From the NCBI GenBank assembly GCA_963732645.1, contig CAVTAC010000008.1, positions 251,127-315,126 of the forward strand: a stretch of DNA of 64,000 bases. The letters run 5' to 3'. The position numbers were made by a program, and so were the translations under genes. The stretch comes from an uncultured Actinomycetes bacterium. Lineage in GTDB: Bacteria; Actinomycetota; Thermoleophilia; Gaiellales; F1-60-MAGs149. Of the stretch, positions 1 through 10,445 are shown piece after piece. Under the pieces are notes generated by a model, which saw only the letters and a list, made by a program, of their open reading frames with translations, was not told the origin of the DNA and searched no databases. The first letter of the stretch is position 1; the number at the start of each line of letters is the position of its first letter.

Positions 1-995
1 GATGAGCGCCTGCGCCGTCCCGCCCTGGTAGCGCTGCAGCGGCAGCGCCGCCGCCTGCGCGAAGCCGCCCAGGCCGGCGGTCTCGGTGATGATCGACTCG
101 CCGCCCATCCACGTGATCTCGTCCTCGGTGTGACCCTGGAAGAGCTTCGCCGTGGCGACCGCGTGCGGGCCGCGGAACCAGGTGTCGCCGAGGCCGGAGA
201 CGCGGATCGCGAAGCCCTGGCACGAGAACGTCATCGCCGTCACGACGGTCGACCCCTCGATGCCGTGCGCCGCGTCGCAGGCCGCCTTGCAGGCCGCCAT
301 CGAGAGCCGCAGGAAGTGGTAGTCGTTGCCCTGGAACGCCTCGTACAGCGCGCGGACGCCGGCCGGGTTGTCGACCGCCAGGTCGAGCAGCGGCAGCGCC
401 AGGGCCTCCTCGAACAGCATCGTCGCGGCCGCGGAGCGGGAGTGGCACTCGTCGCCCATCTGCACGGCGCGGCGCATGATCGGCACCAGCTCGATGCCGC
501 CGACGGCGCGCACCGCCGCGCCCACGACGGGCCGAGCACCGTGTTGATGTGCTCGAGGCGCTCGTGGACGCCGGCGTCGTAGCAGCCGTAGTTGAGCCGC
601 CGGCGCTCCTTGCCCTCGTAGAAGTTGCAGAACGCCGTGTTGCCGAACGGCGGGTTCTCGACCACGAACACCGGCATCGAGGCGGTGTAGACGCCGGCCA
701 GCGATCCGACGCAGCCGTAGCCGTGGGCGCCGTCGACCTCGACCTCGCCCGACTCGAGCTTGGCGATCGCCTCGTCGCGCGTCGCGGCGAGCCCCTCGAA
801 CTGCGCGGCGCCGATGAGGGCCTCGCGCTGCCCGCCGGTGTACTCCGCGAACGGCAGCGGCGCGCCCGACGTGAGGATCAGGTTCGGCTTGTAGCCGGGG
901 ACGACCTCGCCCGCGGGGCGCACGTCGACGAGCCGCGGCTCCGACGCGCAGAGCCGGCGATGGGCCTCGGTGTTGGCAGCTGCCCGGTCGCTCAC
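1..995 (-). CDS. DUF1116-family protein (YlbE/AllG-like). The C-terminus is cut by the window edge. One apparent frame disruption near 530-545.
   Basis: ORF 240..1232(-) carries PNLILTSGAPLPF...GEVEVDGAHGYGCVGSLAGVYTASMPVFVVENPPFGNTAFCNFYEG. My own translation of the next minus frame below ~540 continues with VVGAAVRAVGGIELVPIMRRAVQMGDECHSRSAAATMLFEE... down to base 1. The GTG start at 995 overlaps the upstream SDR stop (GTGA). Confidence 0.6.
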
Positions 996-1708
996 AGCGC
1001 GGTCACGCCGCCGTCGGCCACGATCGTGGTGCCGGTGATGTACGAGCTGCGGTCCGAGAGCAGGTACTCGACGATGTCGGCCATCTCGTCGACGGTGCCG
1101 AGGCGCTTCAGCGGCACCTGCTCGATGAGCGGCTCCTCGCCGCCGGAGACGGCGCGCATCGCCGGGCTCATCGGCACCGCGATGTACCCCGGCGCGAGGC
1201 AGTTGACGCGCACGTTCGGCGCCAGCTCGCACGCCAGGTAGCGGGTGTAGGCCATCAGCCCGGCCTTCGACGCGCCGTACATCGATGCGCCCGTGAGCCG
1301 GCCGATCAGGCCCGTCAGGCTGGCGATGTTGACGACCGCCGAGCCCGCGCCGAGGTGCGGCGAGGCCGCCTTCAGCACCCGCGCCGCGCCGGCCACGTTG
1401 ACGCGCCAGAGCACGTCCATCTCGTCCTCGTTCGAGTCGAGGACGGGCGTGAAGCGCACCAGCCCGGCGCAGTTGACGACGCCGCGCAACGTGCCGAGCG
1501 TGACCGCCTTCGCCACCGCCGCGTCGACGGACGCCTGGTCGCGCACGTCCATCTCGACCGGGTGGATGTTCTCGCCGCTCGGGTCGTCCTTCGCCAGCAT
1601 GTCGGCGAGGTCGCCCGCGACGACGGTGTAGCCCACCTCGACCAGCCGCCGGTTGATGGCCTGGCCGATGCCGCCGGCGCCGCCGGTCACGATCGCAACG
1701 TCTGTCAC
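992..1708 (-). CDS. Short-chain dehydrogenase/reductase (SDR), intact
   Basis: ORF 992..1768(-) has VAIVTGGAGGIGQAI (TGxxxGxG), NIASLTG and YGASKAG (YxxxK). GTG at 1708 is preceded by GGAGGAG, so I prefer it to the ORF-track start at 1768. Confidence 0.85.
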   Translation of the reverse strand: MTDVAIVTGGAGGIGQAINRRLVEVGYTVVAGDLADMLAKDDPSGENIHPVEMDVRDQASVDAAVAKAVTLGTLRGVVNCAGLVRFTPVLDSNEDEMDVLWRVNVAGAARVLKAASPHLGAGSAVVNIASLTGLIGRLTGASMYGASKAGLMAYTRYLACELAPNVRVNCLAPGYIAVPMSPAMRAVSGGEEPLIEQVPLKRLGTVDEMADIVEYLLSDRSSYITGTTIVADGGVTAL

Positions 1709-1739
1709 CCGATCTCCTCCTGCACGATGAATTCCGTTC

Positions 1740-2664
1740 CTACGCGAGCGCTGTGCGCAGCGCGTCACCCGCGTCGCGCAGCGCGTCGGCGGCGACCGGG
1801 AAGACCGACTCGAGGCCGAAGTACCCGTGGATCATGCCGTCGTAGACCCGGTAGTCGACGGCGACGCCGGCCGCCCGCAGGTGGTCGCGGTACTGCTCCG
1901 CCTGCGGGTGCAGCGGGTCGCACTCGGCCGACTGGATCTGGGCCGGCGGCAGGCCGCTCGCGTCGCCGTAACAGGGCGAGGCGCGCGGGTCGCGCGCGTC
2001 GTCGGGCGACGTGAAGTAGTGGCCGTAGTGCCAGAGGATCTCGTCCCGGTACAGGAAGTAGCCCTCGTACGCCATGTCGAAGCCGGTATCGATGTCGGCA
2101 CACCGTGCAGGGGTAGATCAGCAGCTGGAACCGCAGCGCCGGACCGCCGGCGTCGCGCGCCAGCTGCGCCACGACCGCGGCCAGGTTGCCGCCGGCCGAG
2201 TCGCCCGCGACCGCCATCCGGCCCGCGTCGGCGCCGAGCTCGGCCGCGTGCTCCGCCGCCCACTTCGTCGCCGCCCACGCGTCGTCGACGGCGGTGGGGA
2301 ACTTCGCCTCCGGCGCCAGCCGGTAGTCGACGTTCAGCACCACCGCGCCCGAGGCGTTCGCGATCGAGCGGCAGATCGTGTCGTGCGACTCGTGCGAGCC
2401 GAGCAGCCAGCCGCCGCCGTGGAAGTAGACGACCAGCCCGAGGCCCTGCTCGTCGGTGGGCCGGTAGGACCGCGCCTTGATCGTGCCGCCGGCGACCGGG
2501 ATCTCGTGGTCGGCCGTCGAGGCCACGGACTCGCCCGGGCGGAGGCCCTCGAACAGCGCCTCGAAGTTCGCCCGCGCCTGCTCGACGGGGAGGAGGTGGG
2601 CGTTCGGGCGACCCGACGCCACGAAGTCGTCGAGCATCTTCTGGGCTACGGGGTCGAGCGGCAC
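1740..2664 (-). CDS. Alpha/beta hydrolase, hormone-sensitive-lipase-type esterase. One frame disruption near 2090.
   Basis: ORF 1765..2664(-) carries the N-terminal part with HGGGW and GDSAGGN motifs. ORF 1740..2075(-) carries the C-terminal part (DPLHPQAEQY...DGMIHGYF). The GTG start follows GGAGGAA. Confidence 0.75.
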
Positions 2665-2769
2665 CGGTTCCTCCGTTGAACTTTTGGTCTACTTTAGGGC
2701 CCATTGTCCCCGCCAGCAAGGAGCTGCCGCCTTGACGCCGCCCCCGCGACCGTGGTACCACGTGCCTCC

Positions 2770-4106
2770 GTGCTGACCCTTTCCGAGCTGCAGGCTGCCG
2801 TCAACGCCGGGACGATCGACTCCGTCGCGATCGTCACTCCCGACCTCCAGGGCAAGCTGATGGGGAAGCGCATCCCGGCGCAGGCCTTCCTCGACGCGCC
2901 CCACGGGATCGAGGTCTCGTCCTCGATCTTCATCTACGACAACGAGCAGAACGTGAACGAGGGCTTCCCCGAGATCGGGGAGCAGAACGGGTGGGCCGAC
3001 ACGGCCTGCGTGCCCGACCTCGACACGCTGCGCCACGCCGTGCACCTCGACCGCGTCGCCCTCGTGCTGGGCGACCTGTGGTGGTCGCCGGAGCGCCGCG
3101 TCGAGGTGTCGCCGCGCAACGTCCTGCGCGCCCAGGTGCGAGCGCGCGACCGCCGCCGGCTACACGCCGTGGGCGGCCGTCGAGTACGAGTTCTTCGTCT
3201 TCGCCGACACCTTCGAGGAGGCCCTCGCGAAGGGCTACCGCAACCTCGAGCCGGTGCACCGCACGCAGACCGACTACTCCATCTACCGCGTCGACCGCGA
3301 CGAGGACCTGCTCGGCAAGCTGTGGCGGACGTTCGTCGCCAGCGGCATCCCGGTGGAGTCGATCAAGAGCGAGATGGGCCACGGCCAGTACGAGATCACC
3401 TTCGAGCCGACCGCCGCCCTGACCGCCGCCGACCGGGCCGCGCTGGGCAAGCTGTTCACGCGCGAGATCGCCGCGCAGACGGGCCGCTCGGCCACGTTCC
3501 TGGCGCGTCTCGCGCCGGCCGGCATGGGCTCGTCCGGGCACATCCACCTGTCGCTCTCCGGGCGCGGGCGGCGAGAACCTGTTCGACCCCGACGGCAAGG
3601 GCCTGTCGCAGGTCGGCCGCCAGTTCATCGGCGGCATCATGCGCCGCGCACCGGAGTTCATGGTGCTCGCCTGCCCGTACCTGAACTCCTACAAGCGCCT
3701 CGATCCGGCCAACTTCGTGTCGGCCTCGCTCGACTTCGGCGCGGAGGGTCGCACGACGCCCTTCCGCGTCTGCGGTCACGGCAAGTCGCGCAACGTCGAG
3801 TACCGCATCCCGGGCGCCGACGGCAACCCGTACCTCGTGCTGGCGGCGATGGTGGCCGCGGGCCTCGAGGGCATCGAGAACGGCGCCGAGCCGTTCGAGG
3901 CCGGCACGCCCGAGGCCGAGGCGGTCGGCAACCTGCCCGACAACCTGCGCGACGCGATCGACCGCTGGGAGTCGTCGGAGTGGGCGCGCGCGACGTTCGG
4001 CGACCTGGTCGTCGACCACATCGGCGTCGAGAAGCGGCACGAGCTGGCCGTGTTCGCGCGCGAGATCTCCGACATCGAGCTGCGGCGCGGCTTCGAATGG
4101 GTGTAG
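2770..4106 (+). CDS. Glutamine-synthetase-like gamma-glutamyl ligase (GlnA3/PuuA-like), copy 1. Two frame disruptions (~3137, ~3560). Start uncertain.
   Basis: Three collinear frames: 2704..3684 (LSELQAAVNAGTIDSVAIVTPDLQGKLMGKRIP), 3254..4540 (YEFFVF...GMGSSGHIHLSL) and 3639..4106 (PYLNSYKRL, EYRIPGADGNPYLV). Start candidates are GTG 2770, GTG 2752 and TTG 2704. Confidence 0.75.
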
Positions 4107-4815
4107 CCCTCGTCACGGGCGGGGCCGGCGGCATCGGCCTCGCCACCGCGCGGCGGCTGCAGCGCGACGGCCTCGACGTCGTCGTCGCCGACGTGCTCGA
4201 TCCGCCGGCCGACCTGGACGCGACGTTCGTGCGCTGCGACCTGTCCGACGTCGACGCGTCGGTCGCGGCGCTGCGCGAGGCGATCCCCGGACCGCTGCAG
4301 GTGCTCGTCAACGCCGCGGGCATCGTCGAGCGCACGCACTTCGGCGAGTACACGCGTGCCCGAGTTCGAGCGCGTCTACGCGGTCAACATGCGGGCGCCG
4401 CTGTTTCTGATCCAGGGCCTCTCCGACCGCTTCGGCGAGGGCTCGGCGATCGTCAACGTGGCGTCGATGGAGGCCACCGACGTGGTCGCCTCGACCGGGC
4501 GCACGACGTCCGATCTACGCGTCGACCAAGGCCGCGCTGAAGAACCTCACCGAGACGATGGCGGCCGAGCTCGGCCCGCGCGGCATCCGCGTCAACGCGG
4601 TCGCGCCGGGCCTGATCGTGACGCGGCTGACGACCGGCATCCCGTCCGAGACCCGCGACTGGTTCAACCGGCTGACGCCGCTCGGCGACGGCTTCGGCCA
4701 GCCCGAGGACATCGCCGACGTGATCGCGTTCCTGGCCTCGGGCGACGCGCGGTTCGTGACCGGCGTCTGCGTCGCGGTGGACGGCGGTCTCAGCCTCGGC
4801 CTGGTACGTCGTTGA
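4097..4815 (+). CDS. SDR oxidoreductase. Two frame disruptions (~4350, ~4520).
   Basis: Fragments are MGVALVTGGAGGIGLA (tail of ORF 3254..4540), PEFERVYAVNMRAPLFL...IVNVASMEA (4356 frame) and MAAELGPRGIRVNAVAPGLI...FVTGVCVAVDGG (4558..4815). ATG 4097 overlaps the GS-like stop. Confidence 0.75.
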
Positions 4816-5719
4816 CGCCGACGCGCGAGGAGGGCGAGCTCGCGCACTGGGCGCCCGCTCGGGCGCGACATCCGGACGGGCACGTGGACGGAGCAGGCCG
4901 AGGCGACCGCCGACCGCATCGAGCGCGCGGTCGCCGAGGGCCGCGGCGACCGAGGCGCGGGCGCTGGTGCGCCAGCTGCCGGTCGAGGCGCAGGAGATCC
5001 ACGAGCTGTTCACCGCCTGGAGCCCGCGGATGGCGGAGCTGCTCGGCGTGCCCGGCGCCCGACCAGGCGCCGCACGAGGCCGCGTGGCAGGCGTGGGTAG
5101 CCGCGTGCGACGCGTGGGTGCCGGGCGAGCCGCTCGAGCCGCTGCTCGAGGCGTGGGCCGACCGCGCACGACCGGCACCTGCAGGAGGTCGCCGACCTCG
5201 TCGACCGCGTCGTCGAGGCGTGGGGCGAGGAGCGCCTCGGCGAGCTGTGGGCCGACCTGCAGGCCGGCGGCTCCGACTTCTACCGCGCCACGTACGGCCC
5301 CGACCACCCGTGGCCGGCGTCGGCCGAGCGCCTGATCCAGGTGGCGATCGAGGGCATGCACGGCCATCTCGGCGGGCCCGCCCGGCGCGGCGAGGTGACC
5401 GTCGTCCGAGCACGACGACCGCGTCGCGCTGTCGTTCCACACCTGCGGCTCGGGCGGGCGGATCCTGGCCGGCGGCCGCAACGGCGTCGTCGCGGGCACG
5501 CACGACTTCGCGTGGTCGACGCCCGGCGTCTGCAGCTACTGCGTCCACTGCTGCGTGCTGCAGCAGCTGACGCCGATCGACGACTTCGGCTACCCGGCGC
5601 GCGTCGTCGACCCGCCCACGCGCCCGGGCGAACCCTGTACCTGGACCGTCTACCGCGACCCGTCGCTCGTGCCCGCCGAGGCCTACGAGCGCGTTGGGAG
5701 GACCAAGCCCGATGGCTGA
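4812..5719 (+). CDS. Hypothetical Cys-rich protein (about 300 aa as reconstructed). At least 4 frame disruptions.
   Basis: My own stitching of three frames gives ...EARALVRQLPVEAQEIHELFTAWSPRMAELLG...LIQVAIEGMHGHLGG...ALSFHTCGSGGRILAGG...GVCSYCVHCCVLQQLTPIDDFGYPARVVDPP...TWTVYRDPSLVP. TTG 4812 overlaps the SDR stop (TTGA). I do not recognise the family. Confidence 0.4.
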
Positions 5720-7056
5720 CGTACCCGCGATTCCGACCTCTCGCATCCGCATCGAGATCCCGGACAACGAGGGCAACCTGCGGGGCAAGTACAGCGCCTC
5801 CGCGAAGCTCGCCAGGGGCAAGGGCGCGACCCTCTCCGACGTCTTCTACGTGCTCAGCATCCGCGACGACGTGTTCGAGGCGCCGCTGACGGGCGTCGGC
5901 ACCGGGTTCCCCGACGTCGTGATGATGCCCGACTGGTCGACGCTCGTGCCGGTGCCGTGGGAGAACGACCTGTCGGCGGTGATCGCCGACGTCCACACCA
6001 AGGCGGGCGAGCCGCTCGAGGTCGACCCCCGGCGCCAGCTGCGCAAGGCGGTCGAGCGCCTCGAGGCGACCGAGTTCGAGGCGCTGTTCGGCGTCGAGTA
6101 CGAGATCTACATCTTCCACTGCGGCGAGGCCGGCGACGCCGCGCTGCGCGCCGGGCGAGCCGCGCGAGCTGCTGTCGGTCGGGCGCGAGTGGCACGCGTA
6201 CAGCCTGTGGCGGTTCGAGGACATGCACGAGTTCGTCAACGACGCCGAGATCAAGCTGCGCGGCTACGGCGTCGAGATCGAGTCGTGGTCGACCGAGCTC
6301 GGCTACGGCATGATCGAGTGCGCCGCGAACGCGCTGCCGCCGCTGCAGGCGGCCGACGCCGCGGCGCGGTTCAAGCTCGGCTTCAAGGAGCTCGCGAAGC
6401 GGCACGGCCTCGTCGCGACGTTCATCGCGAAGTGGAGCATGACCGAGTCGGGGTCGTCCGGGCACCTGCACCAGTCGCTGCTGAGGGACGGCGAGAACGC
6501 CTTCGCCGGCGGCGAGATGGACACGCTGTCGGAGACCGGCCGGCACTACCTCGGCGGCCTGATCGACACGCGCGCGCGGAGCTGTCGGCGTTCTGCACGC
6601 CGAACGTCAACTCGTACCGCCGGCCGAGCCCCGAGCTGTGGGCGCCGACCAACGCCAGCTGGGGCTGGGACAACCGCCAGGCGTCCATCCGCGCGATCAC
6701 GATCGACCAGGAGGCGTCGCGGCTCGAGTACCGCCGGCCGGGCGCCGACCTCAACCCGTACCTGTCGATCGCGGCCTGCCTCGACTCCGGCCTGCGCGGC
6801 GTCGCGGAGAAGATCGAGCCGCCCGCGGCGTCGGTCGGCCCGGCCTACGCCGACGAGTCGATCCCGAGCTTCCCGCTCACGCTGGAGGAGGCCGCCGACG
6901 CGCTCGCGGGCTCGAAGCTCGCCCGCCAGTGGTACGGCGACGACTACATCGACCACTACGTCGCCTCGCGCCGCGCCGAGGCGGGGTACGTGAAGGCGAT
7001 CGCAGAACGCGCAGGTGCCGGACTACGAGATCGCCCGCTACTTCGAGATCGCCTGA
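5712..7056 (+). CDS. Glutamine-synthetase-like gamma-glutamyl ligase, copy 2. About 3 frame disruptions.
   Basis: The 5694 frame gives MADVPAIP...GVEYEIYIF. The 6223..6993 frame gives WSTELGYGMIE...ESGSSGHLHQSL. The 5694 frame resumes with NVNSYRRP...EYRRPGADLNPYL. The tail ...EIARYFEIA ends at TGA 7054-7056. GGGAGGA lies 9 nt before ATG 5712. Confidence 0.75.
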
Positions 7057-7777
7057 TGATCGACCTGACGGGCAAGTCCATCCTGCTGACGGGCGCCGCG
7101 AGCGGCATCGGCGCGGCCGCCGTCCGCCTGATGACCGGCGCCGGTGCGCGCGTCGCCGGGTTCGACCTGGCGCCGTCCGACACCGAGCTGTCGATCACCG
7201 GCGACGTGACGCGGGCCGGCCGACCTCGAGGGGGCCGTGGCAGCGGTCGAGGAGCAGTTCGGCGGGCTCGACGCGCTGGTCTCGAACGCGGGGCTGTTCC
7301 TCGCCGGGGGCGGCGACGGGCCGTCTCCCCGGCTGTCGGAAGACTCGTGGCACCGGACGCTCGACGCGAACCTGATGTCGGTCTTCCTCGGCGCGAAGTA
7401 CGCGATCCCGGCGCTCCAGCGGCGCGGTGGCGGGGCGATCGTCAACGTCGGCTCGGTGGCCGGCGCTCCGGGTCGGGTCGGGCGCGTCCGACGCGTACAC
7501 GGCCGCCAAGGGCGGCGTGCACGCGATCACCCGCACGCTGGCCGTCGAGCACGCGCCGTCGATCCGCGTCAACGCCATCGCGCCGGGGCCGATCGAGACG
7601 CCGATGACCGACGACCTGCCGGAGGAGAACTTCGGTGCACTGCGCGCGCTGATCCCGATGGGACGGCTCGGCCGCCCGGAAGAGGTGGCCGCGATGATGT
7701 GCTTCCTGGTCTCCGACCTCGCCTCGTACTGCACCGGCCAGGTGTACGTCGTCGACGGCGGCTACATGGCCAAGTAG
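7056..7777 (+). CDS. SDR oxidoreductase. Two frame disruptions (~7215, ~7470).
   Basis: Fragments are MIDLTGKSILLTGAASGIGAA (5694 frame), NAGLFLAG...IVNVGSVAG (7237 frame) and YTAAKGGV...VNAIAPGPIETP...YCTGQVYVVDGG (7427..7777). The start is in TGATG with the preceding stop. Confidence 0.75.
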
Positions 7778-7786
7778 CATCGCCGC

Positions 7787-9390
7787 ATGCTCCGACTCCT
7801 GACCGGCGGCAACGTCCGCACCCTCGACCGTGGCCGGCACCGTCGCCGAGGCCATCGCGCTGCGCGGCGACCGCATCGTCGCCGTCGGGTCGGACAGCGA
7901 GATCGTCGCGCTCGGCGGGGCCCGCGAGGACCTGGCCGGCCGCACGGTGATCCCCGGCCTCATCGACGCGCACAACCACCTGCAGATGACGGGGCGGGTG
8001 CTCGACCAGGTGCAGCTGTTCGACTGCCGCTCGATCGCCGAGATCGTCGAGCGCGTGGCGGCGCGGTGCGCCACGCTGCCGCCGGGCACCTGGGTGCTCG
8101 GCCGCGGCTGGGACGAGAGCCTGCTGGCCGAGCGCCGGCATCCGACGCGCCACGACCTCGATCCCGTCTCGCCCGACCATCCGGTGCTGCTCGAGCGCGT
8201 GTGGAACAAGCTGGTCTGCAACGGCGCCGCGCTGCGTGCGGCCGGCGTCAACCGCGAGACGCCCGATCCGGCTGGGACGCTGTACGCGGGCTCGTTCGAG
8301 CGCGACGACGACGGCCATCCGACGGGCCTCTTCCGCGACCGCGCCAAGGAGCTGATCTGGCGCGCCATCCCGGAGCCGACCGAGATCGACTGGGTGACGG
8401 CGGTCGAGACGGCGTGCCGCGAGTACAACCGCGTCGGCCTCACCGCGGTGTGCGAGCCCGGCCTGTCGCCCGAGCAGATCCGCGCGTACCAGCAGGCAGA
8501 GCGCGCGGGCGTGCTGTCGGTGCGCGTCGACATGATGATGTCCGGCTGGGGCTTCGGCACCGCTGCCGAGGAGGTGGGGCTGCGCGAGCGGCTCGCGCAG
8601 GTCGGCGCGCAGACCGGCTTCGGCGGCGACTGGCTGCGGCTGGGCGGCGTCAAGCTGCTGCCCGACGGCGGCATCGGCGACCGCACCGCGCGCATCTTCG
8701 AGCCGTACCTGGCCGAGCCCGGCAGCCACGGCACCTGGGTGATCGACCCGGACGAGCTGCCCGACATCGTCCGCTTCTGCCACGACCACGGCTGGGCCAT
8801 CGACACCCACACGTGCGGCGACGAGGCCCAGGAGGTGACCGTCGCGGCGTACGCGGCGGCACAGGACGCGAACCCGAAGCCGTGGGTGCGGCACCGCGTG
8901 CACCACGCGTACTTCCCGACGCGCGCGGACGCTCGAGCTGATGGCGCGGCACCAGATCGGCGCGGCCACCTCGAACCCGTTCCTCGTCTACCTGGCGGAG
9001 AGCTTCGTGACGTCGCTCGGCGCCGACCGCGTGCACGGCGTGATGCCGATGCGCACCTACCTCGACCACGGCATCCCGCTGGCCGGCTCGTCCGACACGC
9101 CGGTGTCCGACCACAACCCGTGGACGGGCATCTACGCGGCGTGCACGCGGCGGACGGAGCTCGGCCGCGAGCTCGATCCGGCGCAGCGGCTGACGGTCGA
9201 CGAGGCGCTGCGGTCGTACACCAACGCGGGCGCGTGGATCATCGGCCGCGACGGCGACCTCGGCTCGCTCGAGCCCGGCAAGCGCGCCGACCTCGTGCTG
9301 CTCGACGATGATCCGTACACGATGCCGCTCGACGACCTGCGCCACGTCGTCCCGGCGTCCACGATGGTCGCCGGCGCCTGGAGCACGTGA
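7787..9390 (+). CDS. Metal-dependent amidohydrolase (amidohydrolase-3 / YtcJ-like). Two frame disruptions (~7830, ~8930).
   Basis: Fragments are 7787 (MLRLLTGGNVRTLD), 7830..9311 (VIPGLIDAHNHLQMTG...GGVKLLPDGG...AIDTHTCGDEA) and 8941..9390 (LAGSSDTPVSD...GSLEPGKRADLVLLD). Confidence 0.8.
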
Positions 9391-9391
9391 G

Positions 9392-10015
9392 GTGGCGCCG
9401 CTGCAGCTGTACTGGCGCGCGGGCGCCGCGGCGATTGCGCCGCACGCGGCGCTGGCCGAGCTCGGGCTCGACTACGAGCTGGTCGAGATCGACCGCGACG
9501 CGGCGCAGAACTCGCCGGCGTACCGCGCGCTGAACCCGCTCGGCGTCGTGCCGACGCTGGTCATCGGCGACGAGGTGCTGACGGAGTCGGCGGCGATCAT
9601 GCTGACGCTCGGCGACCGCTATCCCGAGTCGCGCCTGGCCCCGGCCGACCGCACGCAGTACTACCGCTGGCTGGTGTTCATGACGAACACGGTGCAGACG
9701 GCGTTCCTGCGCTTCCTCTACCCGGAGCGCTACGGCGCCGAGGCCGTCAGCGAGGTCGCGGCGGCCGAGCTGCAGGGGCTGTTCGCGGTGATCGAGCGCG
9801 CGCTCGAGGGCCGCGAGTGGCTGGCCGCCGACCACCGCACCGGCGCCGACCTGTACCTCTTCATGCTCACGAGGTGGGGCCGCCGCCTGGATCCCCCGGC
9901 CTGGGACAGGCCGAATCTCCGCGCCCATTTCGAGCGAACGCTGGCCCTCCCGGGCGTGGCGCGGATGGTCGAGGAGCAGGGCCTCGACCTGCCGGACTGG
10001 GCCGTAACGGCGTAG
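9392..10015 (+). CDS. Glutathione S-transferase family protein, intact
   Basis: The tail of ORF 9308..10015 reads LQLYWRAGAAAIAPHAALAELGLDYELVEID...NPLGVVPTLVIGDEVLTESAAI. GTG 9392 lies directly after the amidohydrolase stop. Confidence 0.8.
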   Translation: MAPLQLYWRAGAAAIAPHAALAELGLDYELVEIDRDAAQNSPAYRALNPLGVVPTLVIGDEVLTESAAIMLTLGDRYPESRLAPADRTQYYRWLVFMTNTVQTAFLRFLYPERYGAEAVSEVAAAELQGLFAVIERALEGREWLAADHRTGADLYLFMLTRWGRRLDPPAWDRPNLRAHFERTLALPGVARMVEEQGLDLPDWAVTA

Positions 10016-10039
10016 GCGCCAACACGCGCCCGCCCCACG

Positions 10040-10080
10040 TCTGCGCAGGTGGGCGCGGATGCGTGCAGCTCCTGCGCAGA
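10040..10080 (+). terminator. Candidate stem-loop 25 nt after the GST stop
   Basis: TCTGCGCAGG (10040-10049) and CCTGCGCAGA (10071-10080) form a perfect 10-bp inverted repeat with a 21-nt loop. There is no U-tract. Confidence 0.3.
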
Positions 10081-10200
10081 AGTCAGCTATCGCAAGCGCT
10101 GAAGCGCCTCACCAGCGTTCCACCTAGAACCGAATGCTCCATCCGCAACCGCGACTTGGCCGATCGCAGACGCGCCCCGGCGCCGCTCGAACGCGCCGTG

Positions 10201-10254
10201 CTTCGAGTCCGCGATGTCCGATTTGGCACGCGGTGGCGAATCGGACATTCGAAG
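10201..10254. repeat. Inverted repeat in a gene-free gap
   Basis: ATGTCCGATT (10214-10223) and AATCGGACAT (10239-10248) are perfect 10-bp arms. They are flanked by CTTCGA (10201-10206) and TCGAAG (10249-10254). Confidence 0.5.
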
Positions 10255-10445
10255 TCTGTTTCGTGACGTGTTCGTATCGCTCTCGACACCGTCTGCGCGT
10301 CCTCGGTGCGCCCTCAGGCCCTGCGATCGGCGAGGGGCCGTCTCGGAGGCCGTTCTGGTGCCTGGCGCGAAACGGCCACAACGTCACGCTCTGGCGCGGG
10401 TTCGCGCACGGCCCGGCGCGAAGCGTTGTGAACGACGCGGTCGGA

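Noticed and set aside
10190-10260. A tRNA-like T-arm signature (gcTTCGAGTCCgcg) in the gene-free gap.
   Set aside because: The flanking bases do not form a 5-bp T-stem. I could not build an acceptor or anticodon stem on either strand.
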